Positions 8,099 to 17,127 of a DNA stretch of 51,990 nucleotides are shown here, in pieces. The stretch's first letter is position 1. The number at the start of each line of letters is the position of its first letter. The DNA lies in assembly GCA_035624375.1 (NCBI GenBank), contig DASPRR010000122.1, positions 1-51,990 on the forward strand, given 5' to 3'. The notes below the pieces were generated by a model. It made no database searches, was not told where the DNA came from, and saw nothing but the letters and a program-made list of their open reading frames with translations. Source of the DNA: Thermodesulfobacteriota bacterium (GTDB lineage Bacteria; Desulfobacterota; SM23-61). Position numbers and translations under genes: made by a program.

Positions 8099-8920
8099 AT
8101 GGACAAAATGATCATCACCGTCGGAGTCACCGGGTCGCGGATCAGCCGGAAGCAAACCCCCCACATCCCCATCCTTCCGAAGGAGATCGCTCAATCGGGC
8201 GTCGAAGCGGTGAAGGCTGGGGCCTCGATCCTGCACATTCATGTGCGCGATCCCCAGACCGGGCTGGGGACACAGGACCATGCCATCTTCCAAGAAGTGG
8301 TGGACCGGGTCCGCAGCGAGGTGGATTGCGTTCTCTGCCTCACCACCAGCGGGATTCCGGGACGGAATCTGCCCATCGAGCAAAGGCTGACTCCTCTGGC
8401 CCTGAAACCAGAGCTGGTTTCCTACGACGCCGGCTCGATCAACATGGGGGAGAACGTTTTTCTAAACCCGCCGGATTTCCTGGAAGCACTGGCTAAAGGA
8501 TGCCTGGAAAGAGGGGTTAAACCGGAACTCGAAATATTCGAAGTGGGAATGGTCTACACCTGCCTCAAGTACTTTGAAAAAGGCCTCCTCAAGCCTCCCC
8601 TCCATTTCCAGTTCGTCCTGGGGACCCCCGCCGGTATGCCGGCCACCCCTAAATCCCTGATTTACCTCACCGAAATCATCCCGTCGGATTCGACTTGGTC
8701 GGTCATCGGAATTGGCCCGGGCCAGCTTCCCCTGGCAGTCATGGGGATGGCAATGGGAGGTCACGTGCGGGTGGGCCTGGAAGACAATATCTATTATTCC
8801 AAAGGTCGGCTGGCCAGGAGCAACTCCGAATTAGTGGAAAGAGTGGTCAAGATCGCCCGGGAATACGGCCGGGAGATCGCCACCACCCGGGAGGCCCGGA
8901 AGATCCTGAGCCTGGTCTGA
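8099..8920 (+). CDS. BKACE family enzyme (3-keto-5-aminohexanoate cleavage enzyme-like, DUF849)
   Basis: Track ORF 8015..8920, trimmed to ATG 8099 (MDKMIITVGVTG...). ILHIHVRD, GGHVRVGLEDN and the ~273 aa length fit the beta-keto acid cleavage enzyme family. Confidence 0.75.
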   Translation: MDKMIITVGVTGSRISRKQTPHIPILPKEIAQSGVEAVKAGASILHIHVRDPQTGLGTQDHAIFQEVVDRVRSEVDCVLCLTTSGIPGRNLPIEQRLTPLALKPELVSYDAGSINMGENVFLNPPDFLEALAKGCLERGVKPELEIFEVGMVYTCLKYFEKGLLKPPLHFQFVLGTPAGMPATPKSLIYLTEIIPSDSTWSVIGIGPGQLPLAVMGMAMGGHVRVGLEDNIYYSKGRLARSNSELVERVVKIAREYGREIATTREARKILSLV

Positions 8921-9005
8921 TCCCTTCCTGGATAATCCCTCCCTACCCACTTCGAGCCCGCGACAGTGTGCTCAAGACCCCATCCTCTTTTTATTGCGCA
9001 TTCCA

Positions 9006-9054
9006 CCCTGCACCGCGCGGGGTGCAGGGCAGGCCTGAACCTTTCAAGGTTCAG
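9006..9054 (+). terminator. Two tandem GC hairpins downstream of the BKACE gene (no clear T-run)
   Basis: ccctgcacc gcgcgg ggtgcaggg (9006-9029) and cctgaacc tttca aggttcagg (9034-9054). Confidence 0.3.
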
Positions 9055-9191
9055 GGCGCACTCCGGATTCCGCATTCGCAGGTTTGTAAGGTTGACAAGC
9101 AAGTCGTAAATATGGGAAACTAAAATCCACCCTCCGGCTTCATCAACCAAAAGGAAACCCCGTTTTCCTGGTTCACCCTGAGGAGGAACCG

Positions 9192-11492
9192 ATGAGGATT
9201 ACCCTCCGCATCATTCTCTCTATTTTTTTCGTAATCAGCGTGATTGTCCTACTGTTTACTTTCCTGCAGGTGGAGCAGGAAAAGGAGAGAATGACCCTTG
9301 ATCTGGAGCGACGGGCCTCCATTCTGGGGGAGAGCCTGAAAGAAAGCATCGAACCCCTGGTGGCCAGACGCCAGAGTTCATCCGTACAGAAGATCGTGGA
9401 CAAGTTCGGCAATCGGGAAAGGCTGGCTGGAGTAGCCATCTATGACGCTCAGGGCAAACTTTCAGCCGTCACCGTCCAATTGACACCCTATCTCAAGACC
9501 CCTCCATCCATCGTCGAAAATGTCATGAAAGCCGCTGTGGAAGAGGGGAACTTCCTCCCCCTCGGGGAGAAGGAAGCGTATCTCTACGCTCTTCCCCTTT
9601 TCAACGAAGAAAAAGTCGCCGGGGCGATGGTGATGGTTTATGAGACCAACCAAATCAAAGATCGGGTGGCCCTCATCTGGCAGAATAATTTCATCCGCCT
9701 ACTGGTGAGCGCCCTCTTCATCTCTCTCACCACCCTTCTGGTGATTCGCTGGAGCATGGTCCACCCGATTGCCCGGATGGCGGAATGGATGAAGACCCTG
9801 AGAACCGGAAGGGGGGGAGCCCCCCTTCCGCTGCCTCCGGGGAAAGTCTTTGAACCCCTGGCCCGGGAAGCCACCCGGATGGTAAAAAGCATCTCGGAAG
9901 CGCGTTCGGCCGCCGAGCAGGAAGCCCGGCTGCGGCGCAAAGCGGAGTCTCTCTGGACCCCGGTGCGGCTCTGCGAACACGTGCGCACCCTCCTGCAGGG
10001 GAAGCCTCTCTTCGTGATTTCCAACCGGGAGCCCTACGTTCATGAGAGACGGGGCAAAAAGATTGAGTGCGTCGTCCCCGCCAGCGGCCTGGTGACAGCT
10101 CTGGAGCCGATCCTTCAGGCCTGCGGAGGAACCTGGTTGGCCCATGGAAGCGGAGATGCTGACCGGGAAGTGGTTGACGACCAGGACAAGGTCCGAGTTC
10201 CCCCGGAAGACCCCCAGTACCTCCTAAAGAGGGTGTGGCTTACCAAGGAAGAGGAAGAGGGGTATTACTACGGGTTCGCCAATGAAGGGCTCTGGCCTCT
10301 GTGCCACATCGCCCACACCCGCCCGACCTTCCGGGCCGAGGATTGGAATCATTATGAAGCGGTCAATTGGAAGTTCGCCCAGGCCACTTTTGAGGAATTG
10401 GAAAAAACCCAGGACCCCTGGATTCTGGTCCAGGATTACCATTTTGCCCTTTTCCCGCGAATAATCAAAGAAAAAAGGCCGGATGCCCGGGTGGCCCTCT
10501 TCTGGCACATCCCCTGGCCGAATCCCGAGTCCTTCGGCATCTGTCCCTGGCAGAAAGAAATCCTCCATGGCATGCTGGGGGCCGACCTGATTGGCTTTCA
10601 CGTTCAATTTCATTGCAACAACTTTCTCGAAACCGTGGACCGGGCGTTGGAGTCGAGGATCGACTGGGAAAATTTCACAGCGGAACGGGAGAACCATCTA
10701 ACCCAGGTGAGGCCTTTCCCCATCAGCATCGCCGCACCCAATCCCTCTTCCTCTTTCCGCTCCCGGAATGGAGGCCTCAAAAAGGCCCTTCTGCGGGAGT
10801 TGGGCATACAAGGGAAATACCTTGGCGTGGGGGTGGATCGGATCGATTACACCAAGGGCCTCCGGGAGCGCTTCTTGGCCATCGAAAGGTTCCTGGAAAA
10901 ATATCCGGTCTACCAAGGGATGTTCACCTTTGTGGAATTGGGAGCTCCCAGCCGGACCCACATCAAGGAATACCGTGATTTGACCGCCCAGGTGGAATCG
11001 GAGGCCGAAAGGATCAACTGGCGCTTCCAGGCCAAGGATTGGAGGCCCATCGTGTTCCTGAAGCGGCACCACAGCCACAAGGAAATCGCCCCATTCTACG
11101 AGGCCGCCGACCTTTGCCTGGTAACTTCCCTGCATGACGGGATGAACCTGGTGGCCAAGGAGTTCATCGGAGCCAAATGGGATGAATCTGGGGTCCTGAT
11201 CCTCAGCCAGTTCACCGGGGCTGCCCGAGAGCTCCGGGACGCTCTGGTGGTGAACCCCTATGATACGGAGCAGATGGCCGAAGCCATTCGCCTGGCCCTG
11301 GAGATGGACCCTGCGGAGAAGCGGGCGCGAATGCACCGGATGAGAGAGGCGGTGAAAGAAAAAAACATCTACCGCTGGGCGGGGGATTTGATTTCCAGCC
11401 TGAGTCAAATCCGCCTTTCTTCGGTTCCGCCCCTGGGGATCAGCGCCCCATATAACTCATCAAGGCCAAATAATCTCCCAGGTGTCGGGTGA
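9192..11492 (+). CDS. otsA: Membrane-anchored sensor domain - HAMP-like linker - trehalose-6-phosphate synthase (GT20) fusion
   Basis: 766 aa with RBS GAGGAGG. TM1 is at aa ~5-25. An extracytoplasmic segment of ~140 aa follows, then TM2 at aa ~166-187 and an amphipathic linker. From aa ~272 come GT20 motifs: FVISNREPY, GFANEGLWPLCH, VQDYHF, LFWHIPWP, GADLIGFH and LHDGMNLVAKEF. Confidence 0.85.
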   Translation: MRITLRIILSIFFVISVIVLLFTFLQVEQEKERMTLDLERRASILGESLKESIEPLVARRQSSSVQKIVDKFGNRERLAGVAIYDAQGKLSAVTVQLTPYLKTPPSIVENVMKAAVEEGNFLPLGEKEAYLYALPLFNEEKVAGAMVMVYETNQIKDRVALIWQNNFIRLLVSALFISLTTLLVIRWSMVHPIARMAEWMKTLRTGRGGAPLPLPPGKVFEPLAREATRMVKSISEARSAAEQEARLRRKAESLWTPVRLCEHVRTLLQGKPLFVISNREPYVHERRGKKIECVVPASGLVTALEPILQACGGTWLAHGSGDADREVVDDQDKVRVPPEDPQYLLKRVWLTKEEEEGYYYGFANEGLWPLCHIAHTRPTFRAEDWNHYEAVNWKFAQATFEELEKTQDPWILVQDYHFALFPRIIKEKRPDARVALFWHIPWPNPESFGICPWQKEILHGMLGADLIGFHVQFHCNNFLETVDRALESRIDWENFTAERENHLTQVRPFPISIAAPNPSSSFRSRNGGLKKALLRELGIQGKYLGVGVDRIDYTKGLRERFLAIERFLEKYPVYQGMFTFVELGAPSRTHIKEYRDLTAQVESEAERINWRFQAKDWRPIVFLKRHHSHKEIAPFYEAADLCLVTSLHDGMNLVAKEFIGAKWDESGVLILSQFTGAARELRDALVVNPYDTEQMAEAIRLALEMDPAEKRARMHRMREAVKEKNIYRWAGDLISSLSQIRLSSVPPLGISAPYNSSRPNNLPGVG

Positions 11493-12639
11493 TTAGGAAG
11501 TTTCGGCGGACAAACTCCCTGGCGTCCTGTCCCATCCTGGCCATCGCCTCGGGATTGTCCAGAAGGTAATGGATTCGGAAGGCGGTTCCCTCCACGGAAT
11601 TGACCGTGAATCCAGTGACGCCATAAACGAGCTGGACGGTGATGCCCCCGGTAAAACCTCCAATCACCGGTTTCCCCTTCCACATGGCTTCGGCCACCGT
11701 TAGACCAAAGCCCTCCCGAAGGGATTTCTGCAGGACAATGGTCGCGACCCGCTGAAGAGCGTTAATCTCCAGATTAGCATCAGGGGGCAGAACAAGAACG
11801 CGGATGTCGGGATCATCCTGGGCGGCCTGCCGCACTTCGGCCAAGACAGCCTCCCCTTCAGGATCATCCGTAGCTCCCCCCCCGGCCAGGATCAGCTGCA
11901 AGTCATGATGCTTTTTGACCAGGCGGTAAGCTTGAATGACCCCCAGGGGGTCTTTGAAGCGGTCGAAGCGGGAGACTTGGAGAAGGATGGGTTTATCCAG
12001 AGAAATCTTCAACCGACTTAGAATTTGATCCAGCTCCTGCGGGCTGATTCCCCGGTTTTTATCGCTCAGGGGGTCAATGGAAGGGTAGATCAGAAATTGA
12101 GGAATGGGGAGCCGCTGGGCAAACCGGGGGAGGGAAAAGATCGCGGCATCATATTTCACCACGAACTGACGAAGGAAATCCCATACTTTCCTTTGGGGCT
12201 GAGAAACATCGATGTGGCATCTCCAGACCCATTTCCCCTTTTTATTTCGGCGACTTTCGATCAAGGCGGCCGGCTGAGGATCATGGATGATCACGAAATC
12301 GGCTTCCAGGGAGAGGCGTTTGGCATTCTCGCGATTGATCTCCAGGTAATTCTGGAGCATTTCCGGAGAAATCCGCTGCTCCTGACCCTGCAGAGCATTG
12401 TGAAAGGCCTTGGTCGTGGAAAAGAATTCCTCGTTTCCAGTAATCACATCCCACTGAGCCTCTAATCCGACGCTCTCCAGCAGAGGGACCAGGCTGCGTA
12501 AGATTTCCGCCACCCCTCCGCCCAATTTGGTGGAGTTCATGTGCAGGATCCTTTTCTTCCCGATCTTTTCCGCCATGCGGAGGAGAAACTCCACGCTTCC
12601 CTGGGGAGCGATCTCCCGGTAGGCCTCGAGCCGGCTCAT
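11440..12639 (-). CDS. treT: GT4-family glycosyltransferase, trehalose synthase TreT-like
   Basis: 399 aa. IHDPQP...WVWRCHIDVS...YDAAIF in the N-terminal half and a GT-B C-terminal half (REGFGLTVAEAMWKGKPVI) match my recollection of archaeal and bacterial TreT. The 3' end overlaps otsA by 53 nt, convergently. Confidence 0.65.
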   Translation of the reverse strand: MSRLEAYREIAPQGSVEFLLRMAEKIGKKRILHMNSTKLGGGVAEILRSLVPLLESVGLEAQWDVITGNEEFFSTTKAFHNALQGQEQRISPEMLQNYLEINRENAKRLSLEADFVIIHDPQPAALIESRRNKKGKWVWRCHIDVSQPQRKVWDFLRQFVVKYDAAIFSLPRFAQRLPIPQFLIYPSIDPLSDKNRGISPQELDQILSRLKISLDKPILLQVSRFDRFKDPLGVIQAYRLVKKHHDLQLILAGGGATDDPEGEAVLAEVRQAAQDDPDIRVLVLPPDANLEINALQRVATIVLQKSLREGFGLTVAEAMWKGKPVIGGFTGGITVQLVYGVTGFTVNSVEGTAFRIHYLLDNPEAMARMGQDAREFVRRNFLITRHLGDYLALMSYMGR

Positions 12640-13313
12640 TTCCGATCCCTCCCTTCTTGCAGGAATTGGTCACAAAGATTCAGGATTCGCGATCGAGCCG
12701 ATTCCAGGCTGATTCGGTAAGGATCGATATTGGAAATCCTCTTGCCCAATTCCGGCAGGCCCAACTGTTCTTCCATCCACAGGGCGAAGTCCCCCTTGGG
12801 TTTTCCAAGTCGAAGAATGGCCTCGAAGGTGTGATAATAAATGACGCTGTCATCCACCGTGGCCAGGACTTTTCGGAATTCGGCCAAAGTATGCACCTGA
12901 AGGCCCGTGGGAGCCGAAATGATACGGGATTGCATGAAGTGAAAGGGTTCTTCATAAATGACCCGGGGAATGATTTGCAGCCTGGACAGGTGATCGGAAA
13001 TGATGGTTACGATTTCGGCCCGAAGGGATTCCAGGTTTTGAAAATCATAAGGGCTGAGGATGCCCAATTTTTCTCCCAAGACACGATCCCGCACCTGAAT
13101 GGCGGCCCAGGTGGCAAAATCATTGGGATAGGGCCCGGCAATGTATTTATGGCGGAGGAGGAAACTATGGGTATGGTAATAGATGGAATCGAGGGGAACT
13201 TCTTCGATGGCCTCCAGGAGCTGTCGCTCATCACGGGCGCTCCTGCCGAGCATCTCGCGGAGCTCCCAGCAGCCCACAAAGACAAAAGGGTGTTCAGCCG
13301 TACGACTATCCAT
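12636..13313 (-). CDS. Conserved-looking hypothetical protein with an internal duplication; ATGA-coupled to treT
   Basis: 225 aa. Two related modules are visible by eye (SIYYHTHSF...NDFATWAA...LG...SPY...LESLRAEI and VIYYHTFEA...GDFALWME...LG...DPY...LESARSRI). No family assignment from memory. Confidence 0.7.
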   Translation of the reverse strand: MDSRTAEHPFVFVGCWELREMLGRSARDERQLLEAIEEVPLDSIYYHTHSFLLRHKYIAGPYPNDFATWAAIQVRDRVLGEKLGILSPYDFQNLESLRAEIVTIISDHLSRLQIIPRVIYEEPFHFMQSRIISAPTGLQVHTLAEFRKVLATVDDSVIYYHTFEAILRLGKPKGDFALWMEEQLGLPELGKRISNIDPYRISLESARSRILNLCDQFLQEGRDRK

Positions 13314-13352
13314 GTTTCAATTCCTTTCTCCCGGATGAGGTTCGGCCTGGAA

Positions 13353-14138
13353 TCAATTTTCTAAAATTTCCTGACAGCGCTGGAGAAATCCTCTAACTTC
13401 CTCCGGATCGCGCAGGAAATACTGGGCCGATGAAGAGGCCGCTCCGGGCCCCACCCAGACCGAGATTCCCTGGGAACCTATAACCCGGAAAGCGTCTTCA
13501 TCGGAGCGATCATCCCCCAAGTATACAGGCAAGGGATTAACCGAAGGAAAATGAATGAGAATCTCCTTCACGGTTTTCCCCTTATCAATGCCGACTTTGG
13601 GACGAATCTCAACAATCTTCTTGCCGGGGGAAGACTGCCACCGGTCCGGGAAAGGCTGCAAGACCTCCTCCACTGCTTTCTGGACCCGGGGGGTGAATTC
13701 CCGGGGTGTATTCCGGTAATGGACGGTGAGGATAGGCCCTTTGTCTTCGAAGAGAATCCCGGGAATGAGTTTTAGGTTGGTTTCCAGAGAATCCCTGATT
13801 TTTCTCAGTTCATCCTGCCTTTCGGTGGATAATTTTTTTCTGTGGGTCCCGGCAGGATTTTCCACTTCCAGGCCGTGATTTCCCACATAAATGATCCCCT
13901 GAACTCTCACTTTATCCTTGAGGTCTTCCAGTGCCCGCCCGCTAATAATCGCCACCCTAACCTTGGGGGAGTCCCGCAATTTCTCCAAAAGGACCTTCAC
14001 CTGGGGGGGGCACACAGCCAAGTCCGGACGTGGCACAATGGGGCAGAGAGTCCCATCGTAGTCGAGAAGCAAAAATAGAAGACGGGCGTTTCGGATTCGA
14101 GGTTCTACCTCATCCCAGGCTTCATACAGGTGTTTCAT
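13353..14138 (-). CDS. otsB: Trehalose-6-phosphate phosphatase (HAD-IIB)
   Basis: 261 aa with the HAD motif I LLDYDGTL, SGR, KG and GDDRSDEDAF. Typical OtsB layout. Confidence 0.8.
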   Translation of the reverse strand: MKHLYEAWDEVEPRIRNARLLFLLLDYDGTLCPIVPRPDLAVCPPQVKVLLEKLRDSPKVRVAIISGRALEDLKDKVRVQGIIYVGNHGLEVENPAGTHRKKLSTERQDELRKIRDSLETNLKLIPGILFEDKGPILTVHYRNTPREFTPRVQKAVEEVLQPFPDRWQSSPGKKIVEIRPKVGIDKGKTVKEILIHFPSVNPLPVYLGDDRSDEDAFRVIGSQGISVWVGPGAASSSAQYFLRDPEEVRGFLQRCQEILEN

Positions 14139-14314
14139 AAATTCCCCAATAATATTCTATCAATATTTTGAGTATTGTTCACCTCCGATTCTCATTCCTA
14201 TAGTTCGTTGCGGCGGGAAAAGGATCGGATCAAAAGATCCTGCTTTTTTATCGGGTGGCTCTGACTCTGGAGCGGGCATGGTTGTGATGCAGAATCCGCA
14301 ATTAATAAGAGAAC

Positions 14315-14343
14315 TTGACAAAAAGAGGGATGATCTATAGGAT
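14315..14343 (+). promoter_or_regulatory. Candidate sigma-70 promoter for Liv-type operon 2 (TTGACA-N17-TAGGAT)
   Basis: Perfect -35 at 14315-14320 and -10 at 14338-14343, about 105 nt upstream of ATG 14449. Confidence 0.4.
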
Positions 14344-14448
14344 GAGGGTATTTTAAATCCGGGAAAAGGGAAGGGGGGATGAAGATAGAGGATTGGGGAA
14401 AAATGGTTTTCCGGAGACAACGCATCATGGCAAGGAAAGGAGAATAGC

Positions 14449-15747
14449 ATGAAGCGCCTTCTTATTTATTCCCTAGTCGGAGTTATGATTATGGTTTTTG
14501 CCGCGGGGACCGCACTGGGCCAGGCCCAAAAGGAAGCCTTTAAATACGAGGACAAAATCGGGGTCATTAAGCTGAAATCCGGGGAGCCAATCCACATCGC
14601 CTGCTGGATGGTGATTGCCGGTCCCGACGCCTCTTTGGGAACGGATACCAAGCGTGGAGTGGAAATTGCCATCGATGATAAGGGCGGAAAACTCCTCGGC
14701 CATCCTATCAAGCTCACCGCTCAAGACACGGGGTGCAACGCGGAGGGCGGACAGGCGGCAGCCACCAAATTGGCCGCCGACCCCACCGTTGTGGCCGCGG
14801 TCGGCTCCAACTGCTCCAGCGAGGCCCGGCCGGGCGCCCCGATCCTCTGGAAAGCGGGGATCGCCACGGTGTCTCCCTCCAATACGGCCCCCTACCTGAC
14901 CGACCCGAATCGGGGGCCGGATTATGACGGCTATCTCCGTACCGCCCACAACGACAAGGTCCAGGGAGCGGTGGCCGCGGAATTTGCCTTCAAGCAGCTG
15001 AAAGTTAAGAAGGCCGCGACCATCCACGATGGGAGCGTGTACGCCGAACAGCTGCAGGCCGTTTTCGCCGAGACCTTCAAGAAAATGGGGGGTACGATCA
15101 CCTCCCAGGAAGCTGTGGCGCCCACGGACACGGACATGCGGCCGGTGTTGACCAAGATCGCCACAGGCAACCCGGAATTTCTATACTTTCCCATCTTCAT
15201 TGCCGCGGGCGGGCACATCACCCGGCAGGTGAAAGAGGTAAAGGGATTGGAGAAAACCGCCTTGATGGGAGCGGACGGGATTTTCTCCACCGACTTTTAT
15301 AAGGCTGCGGGAGAAACCGCAGTCGGCATGTACCACTCCAGCCCCGATTTTTCCGCCTTTGGCGCAGGCTACAAAGCCTTCTTGGATAAGCATCAGAAAA
15401 AATACGGGGAAAAACCGATCGCTCCGTTCCACGCCCACGGCTATGATGCGGCCATGATGATCTTTGCGGCCATCCAGAAGGTGGCGCAAAAAGCTCCGGA
15501 TGGAACTCTGTACATCGGCCGGCAGAAACTCCGCGATGCTCTGTATGCGACCAAAGGATTGAGAGGGCTGACCGGAACCATTACCTGCGACAAGTACGGA
15601 GACTGCGCGGACCCGAGAATTGCCGTTTATAAGACGACGGAAGAAAACGTGAAGAAGCTGGTGATGCCCGAGAAGCCGTTCTGGGCGCCCGTTGCCGCCG
15701 CTCCAGCCGCAAAGCCGCCGGTCCAGAAAGCCCCGGCGAAGAAGTAG
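14449..15747 (+). CDS. ABC transporter substrate-binding protein (LivK-like) with Ala/Pro/Lys-rich C-terminal tail
   Basis: 432 aa with a signal peptide. Type-1 PBP pattern (IHIACWMVIAGPDASLG). The tail is APVAAAPAAKPPVQKAPAKK. Confidence 0.85.
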   Translation: MKRLLIYSLVGVMIMVFAAGTALGQAQKEAFKYEDKIGVIKLKSGEPIHIACWMVIAGPDASLGTDTKRGVEIAIDDKGGKLLGHPIKLTAQDTGCNAEGGQAAATKLAADPTVVAAVGSNCSSEARPGAPILWKAGIATVSPSNTAPYLTDPNRGPDYDGYLRTAHNDKVQGAVAAEFAFKQLKVKKAATIHDGSVYAEQLQAVFAETFKKMGGTITSQEAVAPTDTDMRPVLTKIATGNPEFLYFPIFIAAGGHITRQVKEVKGLEKTALMGADGIFSTDFYKAAGETAVGMYHSSPDFSAFGAGYKAFLDKHQKKYGEKPIAPFHAHGYDAAMMIFAAIQKVAQKAPDGTLYIGRQKLRDALYATKGLRGLTGTITCDKYGDCADPRIAVYKTTEENVKKLVMPEKPFWAPVAAAPAAKPPVQKAPAKK

Positions 15748-15772
15748 CCCAAGGATTCCTTCGAGCCACGAC

Positions 15773-15806
15773 GATGAGCCGGGAGGGAAGAGAAGCCCGG
15801 CTCATC
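15773..15806 (+). terminator. Perfect 11-bp hairpin immediately after the SBP gene (attenuator or stabiliser)
   Basis: gatgagccggg (15773-15783) / cccggctcatc (15796-15806) with a 12-nt purine loop. Only a weak T-rich tract follows. Confidence 0.5.
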
Positions 15807-16059
15807 TGCTTGGAATCTATTTTCATTTCCGCAGGCGGGAAGGGGATTCAATCTCAAGCACCGATCCCCCGAGACGCGTGACCAAACCTCAAATCAATCC
15901 CGGTTATCCAATTCCCAATGATCCGAACAGGATTTGGAGAGTTATTCTTGTGGGGGGATGGGTGCGTGGAATTCGGTGCTTGCTCCGGTTCACCTCCCCG
16001 GCATTGGGTAGGAAAAAGGGATAGGAACTCAATTTTTCATAACGTTCCCGGAAATTATT

Positions 16060-17121
16060 ATGCGGCAGCAATGGAGAGAAAGAATTAGCCTTACGGATGT
16101 CCTCATGTGGCTGATCGGCGGGGCCATTCTCCTGCTGATTCTCTGGGGATCGACCGCCACCCTGGTTTCCGGGCGGTACAGCGGGCACCATTGGTTTGAT
16201 TTCATGGTATTCGGGCTGGCCCAAGGGAGCATTTACGCCCTCATCGCCCTGGGCTACACGATGGTTTACGGCACCCTGCGGATGATCAACTTTGCCCACA
16301 GCGAAGTCTTCATGGGTGGCCCTTACACGGCTTACTTCGTAGCCGCGGCCTTTTATTCCTCCGGCTTTTTGGATCAACATCCCATCCCCAGCCTGATCGT
16401 CGTTTTTTTCGTTTCCATGGCGACTTCAACGGCCATCGCCGTCCTGCTGGAACGGGTTGCCTACCGCCCCCTACGAAATTCCCCGCGCCTGGTTCCCCTG
16501 ATCACCGCGATTGGAGCCTCCTTCTTTCTCCAGTATACGTTTCGCGGGCTCTACGGTTCCGGTTTCCAAGCCTACCCGGTGGTGAAGGTCCTGGAAGGAC
16601 AATGGATGCTCGGAGAGTTTCGGATTCTCAAATTCCAGGCCGTGGTGATCATCGCTGCCGCGCTCATGATGGCCGCTCTTTACGCGTTCGTCCAGAAGAC
16701 CAAGATGGGAAAGGCCATCCGGGCGGTGTCCGAGGACAAGGAAGCGGCTTCCCTCATGGGAATCGGCATCGACCGGATGATCGTGACCACCTTCGTCATC
16801 GGGGGGATTTCTGCGGGAGCGGCGGGAGTGCTCTATGCGCTGATGTTCAAACAGGTTCACTTTTTCATGGGCTTCATCCCGGGGATCAAGGCCTTTACCG
16901 CGGCGGTCCTGGGAGGGATCGGCAACATCCCCGGGGCCATGCTGGGGGGGATCTTCCTGGGCCTAGTCGAGTCGGTGGGCCCCAGCCTGTTCCTGGACGG
17001 CTTGGGCATCGTGGCGCCCTATCAGCTCAAGGACGCCATCGCCTTCACAATGCTGGTGCTGGTGCTCATTTTCAGGCCCACCGGACTGCTGGGAGAAAGG
17101 CTGGCCGTGAAGAAGGCATAA
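16060..17121 (+). CDS. Branched-chain amino acid-type ABC permease (LivH family) with an extra N-terminal TM segment
   Basis: 353 aa with GLAQGSIYALIALGYTMVYG...INFAHSE. ATG 16105 is an alternative start. Confidence 0.85.
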   Translation: MRQQWRERISLTDVLMWLIGGAILLLILWGSTATLVSGRYSGHHWFDFMVFGLAQGSIYALIALGYTMVYGTLRMINFAHSEVFMGGPYTAYFVAAAFYSSGFLDQHPIPSLIVVFFVSMATSTAIAVLLERVAYRPLRNSPRLVPLITAIGASFFLQYTFRGLYGSGFQAYPVVKVLEGQWMLGEFRILKFQAVVIIAAALMMAALYAFVQKTKMGKAIRAVSEDKEAASLMGIGIDRMIVTTFVIGGISAGAAGVLYALMFKQVHFFMGFIPGIKAFTAAVLGGIGNIPGAMLGGIFLGLVESVGPSLFLDGLGIVAPYQLKDAIAFTMLVLVLIFRPTGLLGERLAVKKA

Positions 17122-17127
17122 GAAATA

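Noticed and set aside
9092-9126. Full sigma-70 promoter for sensor-otsA
   Set aside because: A perfect TTGACA is present, but I could not find a -10 hexamer at 16-18 nt spacing. Only the -35 and the upstream 14-mer are reported, in a finding.
14160-14450. Two overlapping small minus-strand ORFs in the otsB/livK2 intergenic region
   Set aside because: They have no RBS and odd composition. The region is better explained as divergent promoter DNA, with TTGACA-N17-TAGGAT at 14315.
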